This document shows positions 35,715 to 46,893 of a stretch of DNA of 64,000 nucleotides, piece by piece (positions within the stretch are counted from its first letter, which is position 1; each line of letters begins with the position of its first letter). A model generated the notes under the pieces. The model searched no databases. It was not told the origin of the DNA and worked only from the letters and a program-made list of their open reading frames with translations. The position numbers and the translations under genes were made by a program. Source of the stretch: Babesia bigemina (Eukaryota); contig NC_027220.1 in assembly GCF_000981445.1 (NCBI RefSeq), positions 310,001-374,000 of the forward strand, in the 5' to 3' direction.

Positions 35715-35862
35715 ATCTCACAGAGGATCGCCGAGCGGGCGCGCCGCCGGGATTCTGCGATGCCACCGATGAAGCACTTTCAGTGTGCGGCTGGGTTACA
35801 GAGCACAACAAATGACTATTAAATCAGAACTGTTTCGATGTGTACCGGACTTTTCCGTCTTC

Positions 35863-36458
35863 TCAGCAGCATAGGAAGCCCTTCTGCTTGCGGTATACGG
35901 CTCTGCCGCCCATGTGTAATGGTGGAACCCGCCCCGGGTTCACCTCTTGGCAGTTATTTCGCGGAGTAAATGCGGCTGCTGGAGGTGCCATGCCCCTCGG
36001 CTGGTAGTGATCGTACTGCGGCATAAGCTGCATTTGAGGATGCATATATGGCATCGCATTGACGTTGTAAGCCGCACCGTTGTCGTACATCGGGTATGCG
36101 GGAGGCTGGTAGTACATGCCCATACTCTCTCCGTACATTGGATTCGTGTGCTCGACGGGTATGGGTGGCATCATGTACGTCATGTTGCCAGCGTGATTGG
36201 GAGTCATCTGCGAATTCATTAAGTATGCATAACCAGCAGAACGTTCATGTATTGCCGTTTGATTTATTCCAGGCGCATTCACGCATGTCTGCTTTGAGTA
36301 CTCACATCCATTGGCATGGTGTTGCAGCCGTGTTGCATCTGTTGGAAGTCCTGTCCTGGGTGATCTGAAACATAAATGAGCCTTTGTTGATGACAGATGC
36401 CTGACTTACCTAGCATGTTATCGTGGCCAGAAACGTTGCGTTGGCCGTTAGGATCCAT
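35863..36458 (-). CDS. Small Pro/Met/Tyr/Gln-rich protein (about 150 aa) ending in polybasic-CC
   Basis: Exons 36458-36410, 36364-36306 and 36207-35863 join in frame through GTAAGT..CAG and GTGAGT..CAG introns. C-terminus is RKQKGFLCC*. Confidence 0.75.
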
Positions 36459-37536
36459 ATTACCTAAACAAGCTTAGAAATTCGTGAAGCATTTATGTAC
36501 AAACTGGCAGCACTGTCAGTTTTGTGGCGACATAGGATTCACACTGGCGTTATTTCGTAATACGTCAAACAATAAGATCGCCATGTAAACTGTCATGTTG
36601 GGTCAATGACACGATGCCCTCTATCCACCCTTCTGTGTGCACCAATCAACGGATGTTACTTCGGTACGTATACAGCAACACGGCGACAAATAACTCTTTA
36701 ATTGCAAACTCACGAGCACTTAGTGTAGACGTGTGCAATGCAGAATGGTTTTCAAAAATGCTGTCCAATTTTAAAGAGCGTACTGAAGACAAGTGACTGG
36801 AAGCAGCGGGTAAGTACAACGTCGAACTACACAACCATGCCACACGAACGCCTCAGTATGTAACATATGCAGACGTGATTCAAACATTAGGAAGCTCTAT
36901 GAGAATGTGCGTGTTCCCTTGCGTGTCTGGAATAAAATTTGTGTTGCGCTGGTTCACCGTAGGTTCACCGAAGACCCGACGATGATCTCCAGTGTACTTT
37001 GTGCACATAAAACATTGGTGCCAGATATAGCAGTACATATTGTGACTACATTTCTACGTTTGAAGAATCATTTCCCAACCAATACTAAACTACATTGAGG
37101 TCTATCGCCATTGAGCATGTTCCAGTTACCATGTTCCCTTGAATCAATACTTTTTGCTCTCAATACAGCAATAGCGAGTGTATATTATCTACCAGTGCAT
37201 AATACAGTATATGAACACAAACCCCGCTTGCTCACGAAAAAAATTTGCGGGTCCGTAATTCGGATGCTCCAATGCCGAAGAATACGTATCGGACGGCCGA
37301 ATCATTTGGGATACACCTGACAATGGCATCTTGAAAATCAGAGTAGTTCTATATCTTTTTGGTTCCTCATACGTGATGAGAGAACCGAATATTCCTCTAG
37401 CCCGATTACCGTCGTCATAACGGCAATGGTGGGCAGTGCCCGCAGTAGCAAGGCTCTGTAACCGTAATCCTCATTATTATAATTCGATCATAATGACGTT
37501 AACGGCGTACTCGTGAAGGTTAAACATGGCATACGA

Positions 37537-40500
37537 CTACGATAGTAGCAAATATTTCGCTATCGGCTCCGGCCGACCATTTTGCAACGTGTCCTTAAGC
37601 CAGCGCAAGCTTAACAAAGGCAAACCTTCGTACCTTCCAAAACATATCGGGAATCCCCCAAATGTTTCCCGGACGCACCCGTTAGCGTAAAAAGGGTTTT
37701 TCTTTAAATGCTCCAGATCAGAACTGCGCAACGTGGCGTCGTCCAGAAGCACCAGCGAATTAGTATATATCCTGGGGTGGAAGAAAAACGCAGATACATC
37801 GCTCTCGTCGATATTAAACCGTTTCAAGCGTGACCCCAAGTCGTTCTTCACTTCTTTGGCAATGTCGTTCAGCGACCTATGTACTCGTATGCAAATGCCG
37901 CAATGCATTTTGAAGAGTAACGCGTCGTCATCGCTGACCGCCACATTTTTCCTATCCAACATATAAATCGACCACCCCCATAAGAACTTGACGTCACGAT
38001 AAGGGCCCGAAAATGTCAAGGATCTGTGGCTGCTCTTACGATGTTGCTCCGCGTCATCCCTGGAGAAGTAATGATCAATCATTGACTCACCTGCGGTCGA
38101 CATCTTTTGACACTGCCTTATTTCAGCACGCAGGTCGATGCAGCCGTCGAAATAAACATCACACAACCACGCGTAACTCACAAACTGCTCCACTATCACC
38201 CTACCAGGAAAAATAGACCTCGCCGTGCCTCGATCTGGCGCAATGAGACTATGAACCGAGAGTGATTCGCGAGGAGATGTGCCAGAATCCATTCTGACAT
38301 AGTACAATTCTATGTCTACGCCCTTGCTCAACTGCAGAATGATTTAAACGATCTGTGCTTGAAACTAACCTTTTTATGCAGCCTCGCGAGGTGTGGAAGA
38401 AGTCGGCTGACTCCCAAAGAAAACGAGTACGACATTCCACCTTTGATATAATAGTCTTCCGCAACTGCAGCTGTTGATTCCAACTTGTATCTTCGTTCGA
38501 CGTTTTGTGCGTTGAAGGCGTTATACTCGATGGGCTGTTCACTCTCCTCAGCATTCTCGCCATGTAAAAACATTACATCCGATGAGTTGATGACGTCCTT
38601 GACCAACTTTATTCTGCTTGATGCAAGTGACGAAACAGCGTCGTTTGTCAAAAGAACAAACACTAGGTGGCGATTACTTCCAGATCGCTCGCCTTGTACA
38701 TGATCGGGGCGGTACGTCTTATGGATCTCTTGCTGTAGCTTAGATCTGTCGCTCTTGTGCTTTAGGGAAGCTTTGGTATCGAAATCGAAAACGCAATGAC
38801 GAACTCTGCCATGTGCCCTGGTGACCGATGAAACGGATTGGTAACTTTCCGTTCGCAACAGATTCCGTTTAACCGCACCATCTGCTGTGGCAGAGAGCAT
38901 ATTTAAAAGATTTCCGGCTGAAGTTTGAGTTTGCCAGGGTTGTTCTGGTATTTTATCCAACGTGATAACATCAGTATTATGCGAGGAATTCAAAGAGGTC
39001 GGAAGGTCTTCAGTACCCGAATTACGGTCATCATGTTCTTTTCCAGAGTCGGTGGTTATTGATTCGGACTGAGCCCGCCGGAGCAGAGTGTTCCAGCTGT
39101 GCGTTAGTACGGCAGTGTACCCCTCAGAGGTGTCACGCGAGATCAGAGAAATCGTATCATTCGAAACCTTTCGCTTTACATCCAAACTGGGCATCCCTTC
39201 CAGTTTCCTGCGGGCGTGCTCATGGTAAGACATCCCCAAAAGATTCTGAAAACGCTTGTTGAAAGTCACGTGGTGCACGAGCTTTATTATATAAGACTGC
39301 TGGGCCAAAGGGTCTCCGGCCATTGGGGACACATCAGTTTTGAACATCTCCGGCACCGACCCATCCAAGAAAACGCTGAACTCTTCGGAAAGCGATCTGG
39401 ACAGTGATAGAGACGAATACAAAAGATCCGAATCCAACGTTTGCATCGCCGCGCTTTCATTACAGCTTTCACGGTCTATAAATGGCAAGAACCCACCACG
39501 ATGGAGGAGATAACCCATTAACCAAGCTAAGTTAACCAAGTGATACGGCTGTATATCCATGGTCGCATGCACGTTGTCATTGTTTAGGATGGGATAGAGA
39601 TCAACATAACACTTTGTGAACCGCGAGTTATCCTTCTCAGATGAGGCGCTAATACAGGGCACATAGGAAAGAACTTCGTCTATGAGGCTTTTCGTTGGTA
39701 TCACGGAAACTGTATGCGCACCCTCTAGATGTTCCATGGTAAATTTCACCATAGCGAGGTTGGCATAAAGCGTGTCTTTCAATACCACCACTTTGTCGCA
39801 ACTTTGTTCAGATTCTGCAGGCATAGGCCTCATATGCTCCTGGGAAAGGGACGCGTCAGTGAGGTACAGGGTCCTGCTCTCCAGTTTGGGGACATTGTCG
39901 GGATGCGACAACTCGATATGACCGTGATCCCTGAGCGCACCCTTGTAAGGCACGCTAATCCTCCCCTTGTGCACCACGAAGTTGGTAAATGGCACCAGCT
40001 TCCTCAGCGTGCGATAAATCCTCTGTGAGGTGCTCTCCAACGAATTTACGTTCGCCATGAAATTGTTGTATATCCTGTTTTTCTCCGATATCTGTAGCAT
40101 GCTTTCATGGAGCTCAGCGTCCATATCAGTATTGTATGTGAGAGTTATGGAAACATCTTGGATTGTGCCCTGAGTCTGCATGCGCCGTACGACTTTGAAG
40201 ATACCATTCAAAACACCCGGCAGTATCAGGCCTCTAATGCTAAGGCTGTTGTGTTCATTGGCGACGCCATCCTCCATTTCGTCGGATGAAATGCGGAGTT
40301 CCTGGAGCTTAGAGAATATTACAGGGAAATTCGACAGCACAATTTTTACGGGGGCACAGTGCAACCTCGCTGATTTCAGTTTCAAAAGCGCCGACTTACA
40401 CAGCCTATCTAAAAATTTCAACAGCTTTCGGCAGTGTGCGCGCCCTTTCACGGTCAACACGTTGATGTCATGATCAGACACCGGCAGATTGAGTGCCTTG

Positions 40501-41310
40501 AAAAAGGCATCCTTCGCAGGCAGCGTGCTCTCAACAAAAGGGGCTCCATCTGACACCGGAACGATGGCCAACTCATCGCTTTTAGGTTCCTGGTTATCTT
40601 CCCGATCCTTTGTTGTTGACATCTGTAAATAATCATTGACGAGATTGTCAAGACAGTTGCCCCAATTTTCCAAGGCTAGGAGGTTACCAGAGGAAGAGGA
40701 AGCCGGATCGTACAAGTTGTAAAACTTAATACCCTCATCGGCAAGCATGTTGCGAAAGCCAATTGTGGAGCGTGTGATGATGATCTCTTCATTCGTGAAT
40801 ATGCCGCTGTACTCGTCGGTGACGAGCACTGCCTCCATGGTGTCAGTGCTCCTGCTGCGCAGCTGCGTTAGACAATCCCTTAGGCTGCACAGCATCTCAT
40901 AAGCCGAATGCTTGCGTATGCTGCAAATATCCCGAGTGACATCGGATGGTTTGGAAACGATGTGTTCAAAGTCCTTGGAGTAGTCATCGTAGAGGCATAA
41001 GTGGTACACCATTGAACGCCTCACGATGCCGCATATATAGCTCATAACGGCGCCGTCTATATTTCCATTCTCCGTTATGGGCGTCTGCCCGGAAGTTGGT
41101 TCGCCTCGGCTTGGTTGGTTCCGCAACCGCTTTATGGGTTGCCCGGCATTAGAATCCAGCTTCCTTATACTTAAGGCGCCACCCCCCTGCCCACAACAGC
41201 TATCATCTCGCACCTGTAAGCGCCAATGAGGAGTTGCATTGTGTTATTACACTAACGATTGAGTAGCCGTGCGATTGAAGGATGCTGTTGCAGACATCGA
41301 CGTCGTCCAT
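37537..41310 (-). CDS. About 1230-aa protein with DONSON-like N-terminal domain and BRCT-like C-terminal region, 3 exons
   Basis: Phase-0 introns 41214-41256 and 38332-38369 join the 961-aa and 264-aa ORFs. DONSON-like motifs: IITRSTIGFRNMLADEGIKF, LTVKG..KLLKFL and SLSIRGLILPGVL. BRCT-like ends: FVSYAWLCDVY and LLSLRWLKDTLQNGRPEPIAKY. Confidence 0.75.
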
Positions 41311-41967
41311 CCAGGTCGCCGGAGAGGCGAGAAACTCTGCCACGACATTGTGGATTCCTAAGATTCAACAAACCGCCACTAGACGATCCAGGAGCTTCAT
41401 CGTGATCCTCGATCCTAGGATACTTAAAAGCTCGAAGAATCTTCTTGGGTATGCGTGTGTCCGATGCATACCGCAGCTCAATGGATGCGATGATGTGGCA
41501 GCAGTATGAAAGGGGCATTACGTCTTCTTAATACCTGCAAGTAGCCTCGCCATGCGTTTGTTCGACAGTGGACGATGAGCCGTAATACACATTTCCTGAG
41601 CGCATAGCAAACCTGCGATCACGTACAATGTCGCGACTGTCACTTCTTGACAAAATCACGACACATAACTCATTACTCGGAATATGACGTATGTCGTCAA
41701 ATAATTTGAGAAGGTCTTCCAGTTACAACGCTGCTCCGAAGGCGTGTATGATGTGTTTGGTCGCACGTGTATGTACCGCATTATATACGCGTGTCATGAG
41801 TGCACACACCAGCCTCAAATTACGTATTCGGCAATAGAATCCACATAAATATGATTGCTACTCTGATAGATATTGAGGATTCCATCATCATTAATCCTCA
41901 GCTGCTTGCAATGGAATTGACATAAATGTAAGCACGGAAGACATGCTGTTGTAGCGAGAACGAGACG

Positions 41968-44900
41968 ATGCTACGTACGTACGTGCATCCTGTCTCGAAA
42001 GGTGCAACCTTCCGTCAAAAATGTCGATTCTCTTCGATTTTCGACGTCGTCAGACAGCGGAAGTTGGAACAGTCTAATACAGTTGCCGCCGATAATCCTG
42101 CGCCTTTGCAAAAGAGCGCAGTTGTTGATGACAAGAGTCGAACAGGTCGAGGCGATGAAAGCAATGCACATCAGATATGGAAGCAGTTCAACGTGCTGCT
42201 GTCAAAGCCTATAGGCTATCGGAATGTCTGGCAGCTGCGGTACCTGAGCGCTCGTGCATTGGAGTTATTAGCCATCACAAGGTAGGATCCAGCGCTATAA
42301 CAACACTTCAACGCTGTTGTATAGGGCGGAGGAATTGTGCAAGATCACAACGGTGCTTGCTCATATGAAGTATCGGAATGTAGTCCTGCTGCAGGGCATC
42401 AGCGAGGCGCTTAGCTGGTACTGTAAGCTAAGAAACTGCAAGATTTCGTATGTAACGTCATTTTTACGAGCATGTGCGACGCTGAAGTTAGTTACAGCAT
42501 TTCCTGTTACCCTTACTAGGCTACAGGTTCGTGCCCAGCTACCGGCACCTCGACGTCTTCTTCGCTGAGCTTGATAAGCCGCACCAGACCCCTTCCGTTG
42601 GCGACCACCTGAGGTTCATGCAATTCATGGTGGAAAACGGCCTCCACGATGGGGACGTTTTTATGAATTTCTTTGAGCGGTGCCGCGATAAGTGCCTCAA
42701 CGACATGGGATACATGGATCACAAGCATCTGGCATCTTTCAGCCAGACGCAGCTCATCATCGATCCCACAGACAGGTGAGGTATTATCTGGTGAGAATGA
42801 AAATTCTCAGCGATGTGTTTAATCGCATTTGTCTCAACTTCGAACGCAACTGCGAGAAGGGGGAAGTGGCTCAATTCCTGATGCTCTCGAATAGCATGGG
42901 TCGGTGTCATATAAGCGAACTGCCTTCGCATTATCTGCGTGTGGTCGGACACTACCTTGAACATCCGGATAAATGGTCACCAAAACTTCTAATCACAGTG
43001 CTACAGTAAGTGGACACATGTTGGGTGTAACGTCAAACGCAGCGTATTAAAGAAATTTTATTACCGTGACACGGTCGCTCTCAGCCGAATCGGGAATATA
43101 ACTGTCAGGAATATCAGCCAATTCACCAGCGAGCAGTTGTGTGCCGTACTTAACTGTTACGCAGCCATGTCATATAAACATAAGGAACTGGTGCATGGCA
43201 TCGTGCGATCACAATTTGCGTACGAAGGCGATAAACAAAAGACCCACTTTTCCACAGGGTTGCAAGACGTTAATGCACGGTTGAAAGTATTAGCGGGGAT
43301 CGCAAACATGCTCGCGAAAGTTGATTACAAACCCATCGCAATCATGAAAAGCATTACGGAGTCCACGATTCACTGTATGCAAAGTATTATTGGTGACACT
43401 GAACCGGCGACTACAGATAAAGGTGATGGCACTGATGAGGTCAACTTGCTACCTAACACAATCCCCTGGGTCATATATGGCAGTCGCTCACTCCATTCGG
43501 GGGATGCAGCGAAGCAAATTGGAGCCGGATCGGCCCCCGAGGTATTGACCGGCAGTATGATCGTGGACATGCTTCCAACTACTGTTTTAAATGCAAAAGG
43601 TACTGAAGAGGAGCACAATAAGAAGCGCACAGCGCTGCGTAGGCTGCTGCGGCCAGAAAATATTGCCTACACGAGCACAGGTACGTCAATGGCAGACCTC
43701 TCGCAGTTGAAGGTACTACCCATGTCTGTGGATGTTGTTCGTCAGCAAAGTCTAAAGGAGTGTATGGATGAATTCCTCAATTTGCACTTCGACGGCAGAC
43801 ACCCAGCCTCAAGAAGGTTGAATATGCGCAAGCTGATGCAACTGCAGTCAGAGCAATTGAAGCTGAGGAAGTCTTTCAAGAGCAGCAACGTGTTGCATAC
43901 AGTGCGTTTAGAAAAGAAGCGCGCAGCGAAAATTAGTGTATCCATCAGAAAGCTGAAAAGAAAGATGAGATACGCAGGCTCTCGCCACGTGCAGATGACT
44001 CAGTATTTTATAAACGAATGCAGGGTGCTCAAACGCTGCTTTTTGCGGCCGTACACGGCACCTATCAGAACCGAAGCGTCACGTTCGCACGTTGCAATTA
44101 GTAGTGGATCGTCTAGCACCCTACCAATGGCAAGTGATGATCCCAGGGCGCAACAAATTGCCGATGCATGGAAAAGGTTTAATCGGTGGTCTGTTTCGCG
44201 CCCTTCAATTGCTCAGCAGTACAATGAAGATTTCGGGAACGTGCAAATCAGTAACGGCCATTTGAACTGCCGAATGGATACGACCGATGCTACCTCACAG
44301 CCGGTAGGATACATGGCGCCTACCGCGGGTGCGAGCGATCGTCCGCCTGTTATACCCAAGAGTCAGTGGAATGTAGTCAGACATCTGGAGAGTTTCGTAG
44401 ACAGACGAACCCCAGTTTTTGTGGATGACGCCTTGTTCATGAAACCAGTGCGAGTGTCGTCCCTCTACAGCTGGCGGCTCAAAAAGAAGCTGAAGGCATT
44501 GGAAAGATCACACACAGAAAACGCCATGGGAGATACCATACGATACATGTATCATAATGGGCTGTGGAGGAAGCCCCAGAAGGAGATGGATGTTACTATA
44601 CCCATGGAACAGCCACTCTGGCGACACCTCTTTACCATCGTCTCATCCCTACATAAGCTCAACTTCACCTCTTTCGACATGATAAACAAGCTGACAAAGG
44701 TCATGCAAATGGCGACACCTGTTAACGTCGAGCAAGGCGATAGGAACATTGTGGACAACCGGCCGCAGGAACTATGTGGCGTACTCGTGGCTACACTGAA
44801 GGGATTTGGCTACATGATCTCATCAATATCGGGCATAATATCTCGAGATGCCTCAGGAGAACTAGCATCACGCCTATTAAAAACAGTTTGGTAAGTTGTG

Positions 44901-45799
44901 CAACCGTTTATTCTCAACGTCGCTGCAGCAACAGCAACATCATAAACACTGTCACTACGCTCTCCGAACAGCGTAATGCGCGAATACCGCTGGCTGATTT
45001 AACGAGAATAATGCGCACTTTCAACGCTCTGGTGTTCGTGAAGTACGGAAGAATAAGGGTTCACAACATCGTAGCAAAGTTGGGGAGGTTACGAAATTCC
45101 GACGATGCTAAGACCACTGGCTCCGTGGAACTAAGTGTAGAATCTGGCAGTGCCATATGTTTCAATCGACCCAGTTGGGCTGTAATGGATACATATGAGT
45201 CTCTAGTCACCCTTGCCAGAATTTGCGTGAGCGAACACGGCGGGAGGTTTAGCAACTGTGGCGATACCGCTAACGAAGGCGCGGACGCACTCATACGACT
45301 TCTGGACGAGGTCACATACATCCAGTCGATGTGGTCAATGTACAGCAGCGTAATCCCAGGTGGCGAAACGATGCGCAAAATCGCAACGGTTGGGAGCGAC
45401 TTGGCAGACGCGTTACTGGGCTGCCTAGACAAGGGCGCAACACGAGATGATGTATTGCGAGGAGTATGTGCCATACGACGACTCCGGCTAACGAGGGATT
45501 TATTCGTTGACGGCGAAACCGCTTGTGAAGACGTCGCTTCGAATGGCGGCGACAGGGAGGACTCAAGCGATCACCAGATACGACTGCGAAAGCTTACGGT
45601 TGAGCACCGAATAACCGCCGATGAAATAAATGGCGCGATGTGCGCTGTTTATGCGGGCGCTTTCCATCCGCCATTGAAGCTGAGGCACGACAATCACCTC
45701 CGGAGCGGCATGGTGGCGATCCACACATACGCCGATCCGACGACCGCTGCTACAGGCATTTTGCACAACTACTATGCCGACCATTACAATGCAGTCTAA
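41968..45799 (+). CDS. Multi-exon helical-repeat protein, probably mitochondrial RNA-binding (HPR/RAP-associated type)
   Basis: Basic N-terminus MLRTYVHPVSKGATFRQKCRFSS. Repeated helical units such as RAEELCKITTVLAHMKYRNVVLLQ and FTSEQLCAVLNCYAAMSYKHKEL. ORF fragments are separated by short GT-AG introns. The family call is tentative. Confidence 0.6.
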
Positions 45800-45871
45800 C
45801 GCGTTTGCTAATAAGGCGTGAAACGTCTACCTATATTGTACATTGCCTCAGACACTTAGCGCGTAGGCACA

Positions 45872-46893
45872 ATGTCGTTTATAAGCGCGACCTCGTCGTT
45901 CAATCTGCACCTGCAGCCGCGCAAGCAGCAGGAATCTGAGGCTAGCACTCCTCAGAGCACGCCGCAGTTCAGCACGAGGGCGAGCAATATCACCTACAAA
46001 GGTGACAGCTGCCCTATTATTTATGTGACGCACAAGATACTGCGCATCCTCACTCAGCACAACCGCGCGCTGCACACCTTGGAGGTGGAGAAGGCCCTGC
46101 GCAGCCTGGGGTTTATGGTAGGCGACTGGAGGACGCAACCAACGGCGTGCAGGGCGTCGACATATGCACCAACAAGGAGCTCTTCGAGTCACTGCAGAAG
46201 GTCAAACGAATCGAATTCGACGTCGCCAGGAAGCGGCTGCTCTACAAGAACCCTTTCGAATCGGTCACCAGCCCAGATACGCTCCTTGAGTACATCAACA
46301 AGAATTGCGCCATCAAGGGGATGCGTATAAACGAGGAGCTGATGAACACCAGCCCTAACATGGTGGAGTGGCTAGACGAGATACTGAAGCAACGTAAAGT
46401 GCGAGCTATTCGTTGTACATCGTCAAACCTAAAAGGTTGGATGGCGGGGGTAGTACCATAGTCTGATGCAGGGAAGCGCAAATGCCGCTACGCAGCCACA
46501 CCTAACCAGTGCACCATTTACAGCTCCTCGAAGTGCAACGAGTGCATCAACAACGTTCGAGATATACTGCTGTTCCCACTTGGCAAGGAGAGCTGCGAGC
46601 AGGACCGCTTCAAGCTCGACCATGATATAAAAACCCTATGGGACTCAGTCACCATGCCTCCTGTCGACCAGCTGCTAAAGGACTACAACGTCAGCCAGGT
46701 GGAGTACACCTACGTCGCGCCGCAGAGGTATGTTTGGAGCAGTATCACGAAAAACGTGCGCAGCTCGCGGAGGCGACGCGGAGAACGCAAACAGGGCAAG
46801 AACGCCGGTGTTAAGATGCGCCGCATCTACAACACCCACCTGTTCACCGCACAGGAGCTGTCGGCGGGAATCTCCAACACGACACAGAAATAA
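45872..46893 (+). CDS. TFA2: Transcription initiation factor IIE beta subunit, 4 exons
   Basis: Spliced reading ...FESLQKVKRIEF...LLYKNPFESVTSPDTLLEYI...KGMRINEEL, ILLFP...KLDHDIKTLWDSVTMP and basic tail ending KMRRIYNTHL match the TFIIE-beta pattern (YKPxY, VDEEFxxLWxSV, NxHL). Confidence 0.82.
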
